Origin: Candidatus Eiseniibacteriota bacterium
GTDB lineage: Bacteria; Eisenbacteria; RBG-16-71-46
DNA: 64,000 nucleotides
NCBI GenBank assembly: GCA_038231135.1
Contig: JBBRLX010000004.1
Location: forward strand, 64,001 to 128,000
Reading direction: 5' to 3'
Part shown: positions 21,006 to 31,837 of the stretch, piece by piece
Layout of the letters: every line of letters starts with the position of its first letter
Numbering within the stretch: position 1 is the first letter of the stretch
Notes under the pieces: generated by a model
The model's input: only the letters and a program-made list of their open reading frames with translations
What the model was told of the DNA's origin: nothing
The model's database searches: none
Position numbers and translations under genes: made by a program

Positions 21006-22009
21006 TCCAGACGGCGATCGCACGGGCGGTGGTGGGCGAGGAGCTGTCGCGCGACGCGGCGCGGTCGAGCATGGAGCAGATCCTGTCGGGCGACGCCACG
21101 CCCGCCCAGATCGCGGCGCTGATCGTGGCGCTGCGCATGAAGGGCGAGACGCCGCAGGAGATCGCGGGCATGGCGGAGGCGTTGCGGTCGCGCGTCGAGC
21201 CGATCCGCACGCGCCGCGCGCCGCTCGTCGACACCTGCGGCACCGGCGGTGATTCCGCCGGCAGCTTCAACATCAGCACCTCGGCCGCGATCCTCGCCGC
21301 GGCGTGCGGCGTCACCGTCGCCAAGCACGGCAACCGCGCGGTCACGAGCCGCACCGGCAGCGCCGACGTGCTGGAGTCGCTGGGCGTGCGCATCGACCTC
21401 ACCCCGCTCGCCGCCGCGCACTCGCTCGACGTCCTTGGCATCACGTTCCTGTTCGCGCCCAATTATCACGCGGCGCTGCGCCATGCCGCATCGGTGCGGC
21501 GCGAGATCGGCGTGCGCACCGTGTTCAACATCCTGGGCCCGCTGTCGAACCCCGCGGGCGCGCGGCGCCAGTTGCTGGGCGTCTACTCCGACACGCTCGT
21601 GCGCCCGGTGGCTGAAGTGCTGCGGGAACTGGGCAGCGAGCACGCCTGGGTCGTGCACGGCCGCGACGGCCTCGACGAGCTCACGATCTACGACAGGACG
21701 CACGTCGCCGAGCTCAAGGACGGCGCGATCCGCGAATTCGAAGTCGACCCACAGGAATTCGGGCTGGCGGCCACGGATCGCAGCGGCATCGCCGGCGGCG
21801 ACCCGACCGCGAACGCCGCGGTGATCCGCTCGGTGTTTTCCGGCAAACCGGGACCGGCACGCGACGTCGTGGTGCTCAACACCGCGGCGGCGCTGATCGT
21901 CGCCGGGCTCGCCACCGACCTCGCCCAGGGCGTGAAGCGGGCGCAGCAGGCGATCGACGACGGCTCGGCCAGCGCCAAGCTCGCCGAGCTCGCGGCGTTC
22001 AGGGGGTGA
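21002..22009 (+). CDS. trpD: Anthranilate phosphoribosyltransferase
   Basis: [40 protein letters not shown]. Confidence 0.97.
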
Positions 22010-22845
22010 GCGTGACCCGAATCGATGGCGCGCGCGGGATCGCGGGTCCCGGCGACGTGCTTGCACGCATCGCGGCCGACCGGCGGCGGCGCGTCGACGC
22101 GCTCAAGCTCGAGACTCCCGAGTCGCGGTTGCGCGAACGGATCGAGGTTCACCCCGCAGGCCGGCTGGAGCGCGCGCTGCGGCGCGGTGGCTCGAGCGGC
22201 GCGATCAAGCTGCTGTGCGAGGTGAAGCGCGCGTCGCCGTCGCGGGGCGACCTCAACCCGAACGTCGATCCCGTCGACACCGCGGTGCTCTACGAGCAGG
22301 GCGGCGCAGCGGCCGTGTCGCTCGTCACCGAGCCCGATCACTTCAAGGGCGATCCAGCGTGGGTCAACGCCGTGCGCCCGCGCGTGAAGCTGCCGCTGCT
22401 GATGAAGGACTTTGTGGTCGACTCGTGGCAGATCCTCGACGCCGCCGCGCGCGGCGCCGACGCCGTGCTACTGCTGGCGTCGCTGCTGTCCACCATCGAG
22501 CTGCAGCGCTACCTCAACGAAGCCCGGCTGCTGGGGCTCGACGCGCTCGTCGAGGTGCACGACGCCACCGAGCTGCAGCACGCGCTCCAGGCGGGCGCCA
22601 CGCTGGTGGGCATCAACAACCGCGACCTGCGCACGTTCGAAGTGCGGCTCGAGACCTCGATCGAACTGCTGCCCGGCATCCCCCAGTGGGTCACGGCAGT
22701 CGCCGAGAGCGGGCTGTCGACTCCCGAGCACCTCGCGCGGCTGCGCACGACGCGCTGCGACGCGGTGCTGATCGGCGAAGCGTTCATGACCGGCGGCGAC
22801 CCCGCCGCCACCCTGTCGCGCCTGAGCGCCGCGGCGCGGGGGTAG
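22006..22845 (+). CDS. trpC: Indole-3-glycerol phosphate synthase
   Basis: EVKRASPSRG, KDF, LVEVH, GINNRDL, AESG, LIGE. Confidence 0.96.
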   Translation: MSVTRIDGARGIAGPGDVLARIAADRRRRVDALKLETPESRLRERIEVHPAGRLERALRRGGSSGAIKLLCEVKRASPSRGDLNPNVDPVDTAVLYEQGGAAAVSLVTEPDHFKGDPAWVNAVRPRVKLPLLMKDFVVDSWQILDAAARGADAVLLLASLLSTIELQRYLNEARLLGLDALVEVHDATELQHALQAGATLVGINNRDLRTFEVRLETSIELLPGIPQWVTAVAESGLSTPEHLARLRTTRCDAVLIGEAFMTGGDPAATLSRLSAAARG

Positions 22846-22855
22846 GGAGGATGCC

Positions 22856-23494
22856 GTGGCGGCGCACACGATCATCAAGGTCTGTGGCATCACCCGGCTC
22901 GCCGACGCCCGCGCCGCCCACGAGGCCGGCGCCGACTGGCTCGGCATGGTGGTGCTCGGCGACAGCCCGCGCCTCATCACCGCCGACACCGCCCGCGAGA
23001 TCACGGCCGCGCTCGACGGCGTCGTGACCGTCGCGGTGATGGTGGCGCCGACGCCCGAGCAGGCGCTCGACCTGGCGCGGCGCGCCGGCGTGGGCCGCGT
23101 CCAGTTGCACCGCGTCGATCCGCTGCGGTGGCCGAGTGACTTTCCGCTGCCCGTGAGCTTCGCGGTGAGCGTGGCCGCCGACGGCTCGCTGACGACGGCA
23201 CTGCCGCCGCCCGGCCATCTCGTGCTGCTCGACACCGCCCATCCCACGCGGGCGGGCGGCAGCGGCGCCACGTTCCCGTGGGTCACGGCGCGCATCGTCG
23301 CCGGCACGCGCGACGTGATGCTGGCGGGCGGGCTCGGGCCCGCCAATGTGGCCGCGGCGATCGATGCCGCGCGGCCGTTCGGCGTGGACGCCTCGTCGGG
23401 CCTGGAATCCGAGCCCGGCATCAAGGACGCGGCTCGCGTGCGGGCATTCGTGGCCGCCGCCCGCGCGGCCGGCCTGGACCCGGAGGGGACGTGA
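22856..23494 (+). CDS. trpF: Phosphoribosylanthranilate isomerase
   Basis: [44 protein letters not shown]. Confidence 0.95.
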   Translation: MAAHTIIKVCGITRLADARAAHEAGADWLGMVVLGDSPRLITADTAREITAALDGVVTVAVMVAPTPEQALDLARRAGVGRVQLHRVDPLRWPSDFPLPVSFAVSVAADGSLTTALPPPGHLVLLDTAHPTRAGGSGATFPWVTARIVAGTRDVMLAGGLGPANVAAAIDAARPFGVDASSGLESEPGIKDAARVRAFVAAARAAGLDPEGT

Positions 23495-24771
23495 GCGCGT
23501 ACGAATCGCAGCGAGGACCCGCCGGCACCGACGATCCCAGCGCCGCGAGCCCGGCGACGGGCGGCGTTGCCGGCGGTGCCGTGCCCGGTTCCGGGCCCGA
23601 CGCCACCGGGCATTTCGGCCCCTACGGCGGACGGTTTGTTCCCGAGACGCTGATCCAGGCCCTCGACGAGCTCGAGAGCGAATACGCCCGGGCGCGTTCC
23701 GATCCCGAGTTCGAACGCGAGCTGGCCGAATCGCTGCGCGGCTTCGCGGGGCGCCCCACGCCACTGATCGAGGCGCCGCGCTTCTCGGCCGCCGCCGGCT
23801 GCCGCGTGTTCCTCAAGCGCGAAGACCTGCTCCACACCGGCGCCCACAAGATCAACAACACCATCGGCCAGTGCCTGCTCGCGAAGCGCATGGGCAAGCC
23901 GCGCGTGATCGCCGAGACCGGCGCCGGGCAGCACGGCGTCGCGACCGCCGCCGCCGCCGCGCGGCTGGGGCTCGAGTGCACCGTCTACATGGGCGTCGAG
24001 GACGCGCGCCGCCAGCGGCTCAACGTCGAGCGCATGAACCTGCTCGGCGCGGAAGTGCGCGAGGTCGACGCCGGCAGCCGCACGCTGAAGGACGCGATCA
24101 ACGAGGCGCTGCGCGACTGGGTCACGCGCGTGCGCGACACCCACTACGTGCTGGGCTCGGTGCTGGGTCCGCATCCGTTCCCGATGATCGTGCGCGACTT
24201 CCATCGCGTGATCGGCATCGAAGCCCGCGCCCAGTTCGCGGCCCAGGCGGGCGGCCTGCCGGACGTGCTCGTCGCATGCGTCGGCGGAGGCAGCAACGCG
24301 ATCGGCTTGTTCCACGCGTTCCTCGGCGATGCGTCGGTACGCAAGGTGGGGGTGGAGGCCGCGGGCGAAGGCCTCGCGAGCGGCCGCCACGCCGCGCGCA
24401 TGCCCGAGCACTCGGTCGGCGTGCTTCACGGCACGCGCACGCTCGTGCTGCAGGACGCGCGCGGCATGATTCGCGAAACGCATTCGGTGTCCGCGGGCCT
24501 CGACTATCCCGCGCTCGGCCCCGAACACGCGTGGCTCGCCGATCAGGGCTTCACGGAATATTCGTCCGCCACCGACGCCGAGGCGCTCGCGGCGTTCCAG
24601 GCGCTCGCGCGGCTCGAAGGCATTCTGCCCGCGCTCGAGAGCTCGCACGCGCTGGCGTGGGTGCTGCGGGAGGGCCGGTCGCTCGGTCCCGACCGGCGCG
24701 TGCTCGTGAACCTGTCGGGCCGCGGCGACAAGGACGTGAACGAGGTGCTGCGCGTGCTGGGCCGGGGGTGA
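23491..24771 (+). CDS. trpB: Tryptophan synthase beta subunit
   Basis: [63 protein letters not shown]. Confidence 0.98.
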   Translation: MSAYESQRGPAGTDDPSAASPATGGVAGGAVPGSGPDATGHFGPYGGRFVPETLIQALDELESEYARARSDPEFERELAESLRGFAGRPTPLIEAPRFSAAAGCRVFLKREDLLHTGAHKINNTIGQCLLAKRMGKPRVIAETGAGQHGVATAAAAARLGLECTVYMGVEDARRQRLNVERMNLLGAEVREVDAGSRTLKDAINEALRDWVTRVRDTHYVLGSVLGPHPFPMIVRDFHRVIGIEARAQFAAQAGGLPDVLVACVGGGSNAIGLFHAFLGDASVRKVGVEAAGEGLASGRHAARMPEHSVGVLHGTRTLVLQDARGMIRETHSVSAGLDYPALGPEHAWLADQGFTEYSSATDAEALAAFQALARLEGILPALESSHALAWVLREGRSLGPDRRVLVNLSGRGDKDVNEVLRVLGRG

Positions 24772-24832
24772 AGCGCGCCGGCCTGCGCTCATGGCGGTGG
24801 TGCCGGTCCCTGTGCTATAAACGATGCCCGCT

Positions 24833-24909
24833 GCGCCCGTAGCTCAATTGGATAGAGCGTTAGCCTCCGGAGCTAAAGGTTACAGGTTCGATTCCTGTCG
24901 GGCGCACCA
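24833..24909 (+). tRNA. tRNA-Arg (anticodon CCG)
   Basis: GCGCCCG acceptor stem, anticodon arm TTAGC-CTCCGGA-GCTAA, GGTTCGATTCC T-arm, encoded CCA; extended -10 TGcTATAAA at 24813-24821. Confidence 0.97.
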
Positions 24910-24942
24910 CCACCGAGGCTACTTCACTGCAAGCAACTCCTT

Positions 24943-24980
24943 GCCGCCTCAACCGCTTAGCTGCGGTTGGGGCGGTTTTG
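24943..24980 (+). terminator. Intrinsic terminator after the tRNA
   Basis: GCCGCCTCAACCGC-ttagct-GCGGTTGGGGCGGT followed by TTT. Confidence 0.65.
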
Positions 24981-24990
24981 CTTGGGAGGC

Positions 24991-25058
24991 AATCAGGGAG
25001 CGATAGGGAGTCACAGGGAGCGGTAGAGAGGCGCGAAACGGTAGCAATTCGGTAGCAA
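24991..25058. repeat. Phased short direct repeats resembling integrase arm / RDF sites
   Basis: AGGGAG x3 plus AGAGAG at 10-bp period (24991-25030); CGGTAGCAA x2 at 11-bp period (25039, 25050). Confidence 0.6.
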
Positions 25059-25211
25059 CACCGTTCCCGCCTGAACGCTTCGACGGGAACGCTTGAGGGG
25101 CTGGGCTTGACCCAATCTCGTGGACATTTTCCGAAGGTGGCATACGATGTCCAGCAAGACCAAGAGCGGTAGTCGCCACCCGCGGCGAGTCGTTCCAAGC
25201 ATGGAGACCCA

Positions 25212-26333
25212 GTGACCGATCCCAATAGTGACGTGATCCCTCTTACCGAGCGTGATGATACCGACAAGAGCCTGCGCGATGAGCGTGAGAAGGCCGACGA
25301 TCATCTCGCGAAGCGCGCGGCGGTCATCGAAAAGACTGCGGATCACGTCGTCGAAGTCGCCCGGGAGCGAGCGGACGACGTCCTGGAGGTTGCACGCGAG
25401 AAGGTGGACGAGACGGCCAGGCAGGCAAACGCACCCGCGAAGGTCTCCGAGTCCCTATCGAGCACGCGAGCGTCCGAAGACAGCGCAATAGCAGGCAAGC
25501 GGGCGGCAGCCGATGCCCAGCTCGAAAAGGAACGCGTCCGGCAGCGGCTCGAGATATCACGCCTGTTGAAGTTCGAGCGCGAGGTAACCGACGAACGTCT
25601 GCTCGTCGAGCGGGCGCACTCCGACCGCGCCGTGGCCTCCCGCGACGATTTCCTCGCGGTCGTGAGCCACGACGCGCGCGATATTCTGGCAGGAATTGCG
25701 ATGAGCGCCGAGATCCTGCTGAGAATGCCTGCCGAAAGCGCCGCCGGAGAGACCGCCCGCCTCGAGGCTCAGCGCATCCGCAGACTCACCGCGCGGATGA
25801 ATCGCCTCATCGGAGATCTGCTGGACATCGTGAGCATGGAGTCGGGGAACCTCCAGGTCGACGCGCGTCAGGAAGACGCCTCGCAGCTGGTGACCGAGAC
25901 GATGGAGAGTTTTCAACCTACTGCGACCGCACAGAACATTGTCATGACTTGTGATGTTGCGGAGGGCCAGGTTTTCGCGGACTTCGATCACGATCGGATC
26001 CTCCAGGTGCTCGCCAACCTTGTCGGGAACTCGCTGAAGTTCACGGAGCCGGGAGGGACCATTGCGATTGTTCTCGCCCGCTTGGACGACCGTCTCGAGT
26101 TCACGGTGCGCGACAGCGGCCGCGGAATCGATCCCAAGAACATCGACACAATCTTCGAGCGCTTTTCACAGGTGGCGCAGATTGATCGCCGCGGTCTGGG
26201 ACTCGGACTGTACATCGCACGCTGCATCATCGAGGCGCACGGCGGAAAGATCTGGGCGGAAAGCGAAATCGGCAGAGGCAGTGCATTCCATTTCACACTT
26301 CCGGTGAGTCGCCCCGCATCGATGGACGCCTGA
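25212..26333 (+). CDS. Orphan cytoplasmic histidine kinase (coiled coil + HisKA + HATPase)
   Basis: FLAVVSHDARD H-box, QVLANLVGNSLKFT, DSGRGI, GLGLGLYI; no TM segment or sensor domain seen. Confidence 0.92.
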   Translation: MTDPNSDVIPLTERDDTDKSLRDEREKADDHLAKRAAVIEKTADHVVEVARERADDVLEVAREKVDETARQANAPAKVSESLSSTRASEDSAIAGKRAAADAQLEKERVRQRLEISRLLKFEREVTDERLLVERAHSDRAVASRDDFLAVVSHDARDILAGIAMSAEILLRMPAESAAGETARLEAQRIRRLTARMNRLIGDLLDIVSMESGNLQVDARQEDASQLVTETMESFQPTATAQNIVMTCDVAEGQVFADFDHDRILQVLANLVGNSLKFTEPGGTIAIVLARLDDRLEFTVRDSGRGIDPKNIDTIFERFSQVAQIDRRGLGLGLYIARCIIEAHGGKIWAESEIGRGSAFHFTLPVSRPASMDA

Positions 26334-26470
26334 TGCTCCGCGGTCGCGTCGAGCCCGATGGGTTGCGGCGCCAGTCCGTTTGGGGGTGAGCCGGAACCGC
26401 CGGGATCTGGCGAGCGGCGGTTTCACGTTCATCAGCTACGGCATTACATTCACGTGCCGATTCTCAACAA

Positions 26471-28885
26471 TCACTCCGAGAGCACCACGATTCTTCGCGA
26501 GCTGGACTGCCGATCGACCGCGAGGCGAAGCCAGTAGACGCCGGCCTGGAGATGGCGGCTCTGGAGCACGATCTCGTGGTGCCCCGCAGCCAGCACGTGC
26601 CCCTCGAGAACCCACCGCACGCGACGTCCGGTGACGTCGAGCATCTCGAGGGAGGCTCGCGAATCTCGTGGCAGATCGAAGCTCACTCGTGTGGATGCGG
26701 TGAACGGATTCGGCGTGGCCGCACCGAGCTCGAGCCCTTCGGGCATCCGCCCAGGCGACACCGCGGCGATGGGCGGCCCATCATCATTGATGGCGGCTAG
26801 ATAGGAGTGCCTGTCGCCGGAGACCGACGTGAACTCGCCTCCGACATAGATGGTCCTGCCCGCCGCAGCCAGAGCGAAGACTGCTCTGTCGACATCCGGG
26901 TGCCATGGAGTTGGAATGGCTTGTGACACGTCGATTGCGGCGAGCCGGTTCCGGGGCTGGCCAGCGACGGACGTAAAGTTTCCCCCCGCATACAGCCTGC
27001 CGTTCGACCAGGCGAGGCATGAAGCGTAGCCGGTGATCACACTCCATGGCAGGATGTCGCCCGTCGCCAGACTCATGGACTGGATGTTCTGAAACGTCGC
27101 GATATAGAGGCTGGAGTCACCCGGGCACAGCGCATACCCTTCCACGGAGGAGGCCTTCAGCACCCTGCCGGTCGCGGATTCGAGCATGACGAATTTCTGC
27201 CCAAGAGAGTCGAACCGCCCCGTAACGAATAGTCGTCCTCCTGATTCCAAGAGGGCATTGACGTAACCCATGTTGAATTGGGTGTTCCGGGTCCACAACT
27301 CGGATCCGTCGTTGGGATCGACCGCCATGATGCTTACGTTAGGAAATGGTGAATGAGAAGTGCCCAGGAACAACCGCTGCTGTGATCCTCCAGCCGCAAC
27401 AGCGACCGCAGCCGGTCCGATCGGATACCGGTGAACCACGGCGCCCGTGACGGAGTCGAAACTTGCGGCGCCGTAGTACTCCATTGCCGCATGCACCACC
27501 CCGGCGCTCACCGTGATGGCGCCCACGGGGTCCGCGTTCGCCGGGTTCCAGGATGTGACGCGATCGGAGGCGAGATCGATCGCGGCCAATTGCGATCGTG
27601 CTTCTCCGCCCACACTTAGGAACGCGCCCCCCAGGTAGACCGGGCCGCCCCCCGACGTTGCGATGGCGCGGACGGCACCATCCACGCGCGGAGACCAGTC
27701 CGCGACGGCGCCGATGGTGGTGTCGAGCACTGCGACGCGGTAACGCGTGAGATAGTTGATGTGTGTGAAGTCGCCACCGATGAAAACCTGCGCCCCGCTC
27801 ACGACAATCGTTCGAATGGTGGCATCCACGGCACAGCAGGCATGCAGGGTGCCGTCGGAGAATTCGCAATCGATCGTGGCGGCCCAGGGCACGGCCTGAT
27901 ACCAGCGGGTGCTGAGCGCCGCGAGGCGGACACGTCGCTGTCCACCGGCGGTCATGAACTCGCCGCCGAGATACACCTTGCCCCCGCTGACGGCGACGGC
28001 GTGCACGATGCCATCACAGGTTCCGTTCCACGGAGTGATCACGCCGGTCCCCGCGTCGATTGCCACGATATAGCGCCGCGTGATTCCCGATGCGTGGGTG
28101 AACTCGCCGCCGGCGTAGACGACCCCATCCGCAGCCGCCACGCCGAGAACCCGGCCGTCAGGATCGGGGTTCCAGCCTCCGACCGCAGCTGTGACTTCGT
28201 CCACCTCCGCGAGGTTGCGTCTCGCGACGCCGTTCACCGATTGGAACGAGCCGCCGAGATAGACTCTGCCACCCGTGGCGACCAACGCATGCACCGTGCT
28301 GTCGACCTCGATATGCCACGCTTGCGGCCGTCCGGTGGCCGCGCTCAGCGCCGCCACGTGACTCCGCGCGAAGCCTCCGATGCGGGTGAATTCCCCGCCG
28401 GCGTAGACCGTCTGCCCGTCGATCGCGAGCGCGTGTACGGGCGCATTGCTGCCGGGATCCCACAACGACACGTTGAGATTGGCATTGATGTGAGCGAGGT
28501 TGGACCGGGGTTCGGGGCCCACCCGATCGAACGCGCCGCCAATGAACCACCCGCCGTAGCCGTCCGGCACCACCGCGTCGATCGTCCCATGCACCTCGGG
28601 GTAGGACCCTGCGGGCATGCCGCTGACGGCATCGACGGGAACTCCCGATCCGGTGGGCGGACCGATCAGTTTGAAGTCACCACCGACGTAGAGTGTCGAC
28701 CCCGACACATGGAGCGCCCGGACAGGACCGTCGGTGACGGGGAATCGTGCGTGCGCAGACTGCCCCCACGCGACTGTTGCCGAAACGAGCAACAGCACGC
28801 TGAAGAACGGGACAACACATGCTCTCGGCAGCGGGCAGTTTCCGCAAGCTTCGAAGGTGCCAGGAGGGAGGTAGTCACGGTTCAC
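26471..28885 (-). CDS. Secreted repeat (beta-propeller-like) protein with C-terminal FlgD-Ig/T9SS-like domain
   Basis: GTG start after AAGGA; signal peptide; repeated V.A.A..G..VY.GG.F...GG..R..LA units; C-terminus PNPF...GVYWLRL. Confidence 0.8.
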   Translation of the reverse strand: MNRDYLPPGTFEACGNCPLPRACVVPFFSVLLLVSATVAWGQSAHARFPVTDGPVRALHVSGSTLYVGGDFKLIGPPTGSGVPVDAVSGMPAGSYPEVHGTIDAVVPDGYGGWFIGGAFDRVGPEPRSNLAHINANLNVSLWDPGSNAPVHALAIDGQTVYAGGEFTRIGGFARSHVAALSAATGRPQAWHIEVDSTVHALVATGGRVYLGGSFQSVNGVARRNLAEVDEVTAAVGGWNPDPDGRVLGVAAADGVVYAGGEFTHASGITRRYIVAIDAGTGVITPWNGTCDGIVHAVAVSGGKVYLGGEFMTAGGQRRVRLAALSTRWYQAVPWAATIDCEFSDGTLHACCAVDATIRTIVVSGAQVFIGGDFTHINYLTRYRVAVLDTTIGAVADWSPRVDGAVRAIATSGGGPVYLGGAFLSVGGEARSQLAAIDLASDRVTSWNPANADPVGAITVSAGVVHAAMEYYGAASFDSVTGAVVHRYPIGPAAVAVAAGGSQQRLFLGTSHSPFPNVSIMAVDPNDGSELWTRNTQFNMGYVNALLESGGRLFVTGRFDSLGQKFVMLESATGRVLKASSVEGYALCPGDSSLYIATFQNIQSMSLATGDILPWSVITGYASCLAWSNGRLYAGGNFTSVAGQPRNRLAAIDVSQAIPTPWHPDVDRAVFALAAAGRTIYVGGEFTSVSGDRHSYLAAINDDGPPIAAVSPGRMPEGLELGAATPNPFTASTRVSFDLPRDSRASLEMLDVTGRRVRWVLEGHVLAAGHHEIVLQSRHLQAGVYWLRLAVDRQSSSRRIVVLSE

Positions 28886-28916
28886 GGTGGATTCCTTTGG
28901 TGGGGCTTCCACCCAG

Positions 28917-28931
28917 GCACCAGACGTGCCA
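28917..28931 (-). promoter_or_regulatory. sigma54 (-24/-12) promoter candidate
   Basis: TGGCACGTCTGGTGC (GG-N10-GC), 31 nt upstream of the GTG start at 28885. Confidence 0.5.
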
Positions 28932-29293
28932 TCTGGAACGACCCTCATACGGTGAACGTTTCGCGGGGTTTGCCGCCCAGGCCCAATGGCTGCGTGATGC
29001 GAATTGCATGTCGCCGTGCAGGATGACAGCGCAGGGGTATGGCGTCTTGAATGGCGTCGGCCTGGTGCATACAACATTGTCGGCACCGACCGAACGGCGG
29101 GGTCCGACCACCAATAGTCCGTGACGTCAGCCCCCCCCGCGAAGTAACATCTGACCACGCGCCCGCCACGCGATGGATGCCAACACGGCTTTGGGGGCGT
29201 GGCCGCGCGGGATGCCTGCGCGCTTCCTTCCCGGGTCCGTCGCACCGATCCACCGGCATTCGCCTGATCGAGAGCCGGAGCGAGGAGGCCGCA

Positions 29294-31105
29294 GTGACCC
29301 ACCGCAACGTGCAGCATTGGTTCTCCGCCACCGCGTGCGTACTCGCGGCGCTGATGGGCTCGACCGCCCCGGCCTACGCTCACGCGGTCACGATTCCGGA
29401 CGACATCCCGACTCTCCAGGCCGCGATGGATTCAATCTTCTACAGCACGATCGACACCGTGTTCGTCAGGTCCGGGGTGACCGTGGACTCGCTCTACGCT
29501 GTGAACCTCCCTCAATTGACCGTGATCGGGCTCGGCGATTCCACGGTGCGTCCGGCCATCGGCCCCATGACCGTCAATTCCAGCACCCTCGCCACATTCA
29601 TCAATCTGCGGTTCTCAGGCGGCATCAGGACGGTCGGCCACGCCGAGATCGCGTTCCGCGACTGTCGGCTCGACGGCGGCCTCGTCTCCTATATCGATGG
29701 GGATCCCAGAATCGTGACTCTGGTCGACTGCCACGTGACAAGCGGCATCCTCGCGGTGAGCGATGTTCTCGTCGACATCGAGTCATGCTGGTTCGATGGT
29801 GGATCGGTGACTCTTCTGCAAGACGGCGAACTTCGCGTCATGAACTGCACCTTCAGCCACGTTGGCAGCGGTACGGCGGTTCGAGCGGCGGGCGACATTG
29901 GCGTGGTGTTCCACGGAAACCGGATTGAGGGTCATACGATCGGTGTGGATGCGCTGACAAGCAGTGGTTCGGTCGAAGTGAGCGGCAACACATTCGACCA
30001 ATGCCGAGTTCCGATCCTCGCCAACGGCAACGGCTTCGTGATCGATGACAATGTGATCATCCACAGCATCAGCGACGGCATATCGTGCACGAACATCCTT
30101 TACAGCGAGATCGCACGCAACATCGTGGGCTGGTCCGGCGGGTGTGGCATCCAGGTTCAGATCGACGACCCCAACAACTACGGGACCCTGGACATCAAGA
30201 ACAACACCAGCTTTGGCAATGCCGGCCCGGGCTTCGAACTCGCCGTGCAGCCCGCCGACAATTCGTCTGTGTCCTTCACCCACAATCTCAGCTACGGCAA
30301 CCATGGCTTCGGTCTGCTCTCGAGCGGCCCGATTGGCCCCACGACGCAGTCGTGCAACGACTGGTTCGCGAACGACTCGGGCGCGGTGGCCGGCATCGCC
30401 CCGGCGCCCGACGACCTTACTCTCGATCCGCGACTGTGCGATCCCGACAGCGGGGACGTTCACCTAAAAGAGGGCTCTCCGCTGCTCGCCGCGGCCGGCT
30501 GCGGCTTGATCGGCGCCCTCGGCTTGGGATGCGCCAACACGGCCGTGCTTGTAACCTTGTTTACGGTCGACAGAACAGCGGACGGCGTCCGAATTGTTTG
30601 GCGGCTCGCGGACCCCGGCAGTTTCGCGCAGACCTGGCTCGAACGCACGGTATTCGGCTCGGCATCATGGACGCGTCTGGATATCGCACTGGCCCGCGAT
30701 GGCGATACGATGGTCGCGCTCGACCGCAGCGCTGTCGTCGATCGCTCGTACGCCTACCGCCTCGTGGCGCGCGACGGGGATCGCACGATCGTCCTCGGCG
30801 AACCGGTGGTCGCCGCCGCGCTCGCGCCGCTCGTATTTGCGCTGACGCGCATTTCTCCCAACCCATGCCCCGGTCCGCTGCACATCGAGTTCACGCTCCC
30901 ACGCGATGCCGCGGTCGACATCGGCCTGTGCGACTTGGCCGGACGTCACATCGCAACGCTGGTGCACGGGATCGTCCCCGCGGGAACTCACGCGATCGAG
31001 TGGTCCGGCATCGACCGCCACGGTCCGGCCCCCGCGGGCTTGTACTTCGTGCGCTTCCGGTATCCGGGCGGCGTCGCTACCGGCCGTCTCGTCCGAATCC
31101 GCTGA
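29294..31105 (+). CDS. Secreted right-handed beta-helix protein with C-terminal FlgD-Ig-like domain
   Basis: GAGGAGG SD + GTG; signal peptide; TIPDDIPTLQAA N-cap; beta-helix repeats; DPRLCDP..GDVHL..GSP; PNP...GLYFVRF. Confidence 0.82.
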   Translation: MTHRNVQHWFSATACVLAALMGSTAPAYAHAVTIPDDIPTLQAAMDSIFYSTIDTVFVRSGVTVDSLYAVNLPQLTVIGLGDSTVRPAIGPMTVNSSTLATFINLRFSGGIRTVGHAEIAFRDCRLDGGLVSYIDGDPRIVTLVDCHVTSGILAVSDVLVDIESCWFDGGSVTLLQDGELRVMNCTFSHVGSGTAVRAAGDIGVVFHGNRIEGHTIGVDALTSSGSVEVSGNTFDQCRVPILANGNGFVIDDNVIIHSISDGISCTNILYSEIARNIVGWSGGCGIQVQIDDPNNYGTLDIKNNTSFGNAGPGFELAVQPADNSSVSFTHNLSYGNHGFGLLSSGPIGPTTQSCNDWFANDSGAVAGIAPAPDDLTLDPRLCDPDSGDVHLKEGSPLLAAAGCGLIGALGLGCANTAVLVTLFTVDRTADGVRIVWRLADPGSFAQTWLERTVFGSASWTRLDIALARDGDTMVALDRSAVVDRSYAYRLVARDGDRTIVLGEPVVAAALAPLVFALTRISPNPCPGPLHIEFTLPRDAAVDIGLCDLAGRHIATLVHGIVPAGTHAIEWSGIDRHGPAPAGLYFVRFRYPGGVATGRLVRIR

Positions 31106-31113
31106 TTCAGAGC

Positions 31114-31659
31114 ATGGCAATCAGCGCCACCATCTTTCGCGTCAATCTCAACGTTGCCGACATGGACCGCCAATACTATGCCGACCATCCGCTGACCATT
31201 GCCCGCCATCCGTCCGAGACCGATGAGCGGATGATGGTGCGCCTACTCGCGTTCGCACTGCACGCCCACGAGCGACTCGGCTTCGGCCGCGGCATCGGAG
31301 CCACGGACGAGCCCGATCTCTGGCAACGCGACGACACCGGCCGCATCGAGTTCTGGATCGAGGTGGGGCAGCCCGACGACCGCCGCATACGCAAAGCCTG
31401 CGGCCGGGCGGATCGCGTAGCGGTCTACACCTTTGGAGGTCGCAATGCGGACCTGTGGTGGACCAAGGTGGGGCCCGAGGTCGCGCGCTGCACGAACCTG
31501 ACTGTCGTCGCCTTGTCCGCCGCGACAACGTCCGCACTGACCGCTCTCGCGGAACGGACGATGGAGCTGCAGATGATGGTGCAGGAGGGGGATGCATGGC
31601 TTGCTTCCGGCGACACGCGGATCGCAATCGAACGGACGTGGCTGATGGGGGCATCTTGA
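31114..31659 (+). CDS. yaeQ: YaeQ family protein
   Basis: ARHPSETDERMMVRLLAFAL, DEPDLW, WIEVGQPD. Confidence 0.95.
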   Translation: MAISATIFRVNLNVADMDRQYYADHPLTIARHPSETDERMMVRLLAFALHAHERLGFGRGIGATDEPDLWQRDDTGRIEFWIEVGQPDDRRIRKACGRADRVAVYTFGGRNADLWWTKVGPEVARCTNLTVVALSAATTSALTALAERTMELQMMVQEGDAWLASGDTRIAIERTWLMGAS

Positions 31660-31837
31660 GCCCAGGCCTCGATATGGCGCCGTAACAGGCTCTCGCAAGC
31701 TTCGGATATGCCGCATGAGATTCTGCAGGTGCCATCCGGATTGACGCCGTGGCGCGGGAATCGCGTGGTACCATCCATGCAGTCGACATCCCGCCACGCT
31801 GGCGACGCTTCGCCAGGCCCCATCCCCTGAGCCCCAC

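Noticed and set aside
24991..25058. Possible mini CRISPR array
   Set aside because: Repeats are 6-9 bp at 10-11 bp period, with no spacers and no cas genes.
28960..28980. GGCAAACCCCGCGAAA on the minus strand, like the 5' half of a c-di-GMP-I (GEMM) riboswitch
   Set aside because: The complementary P2 strand and the GACGCAAAGC/P3 elements are missing, so no aptamer can be folded.
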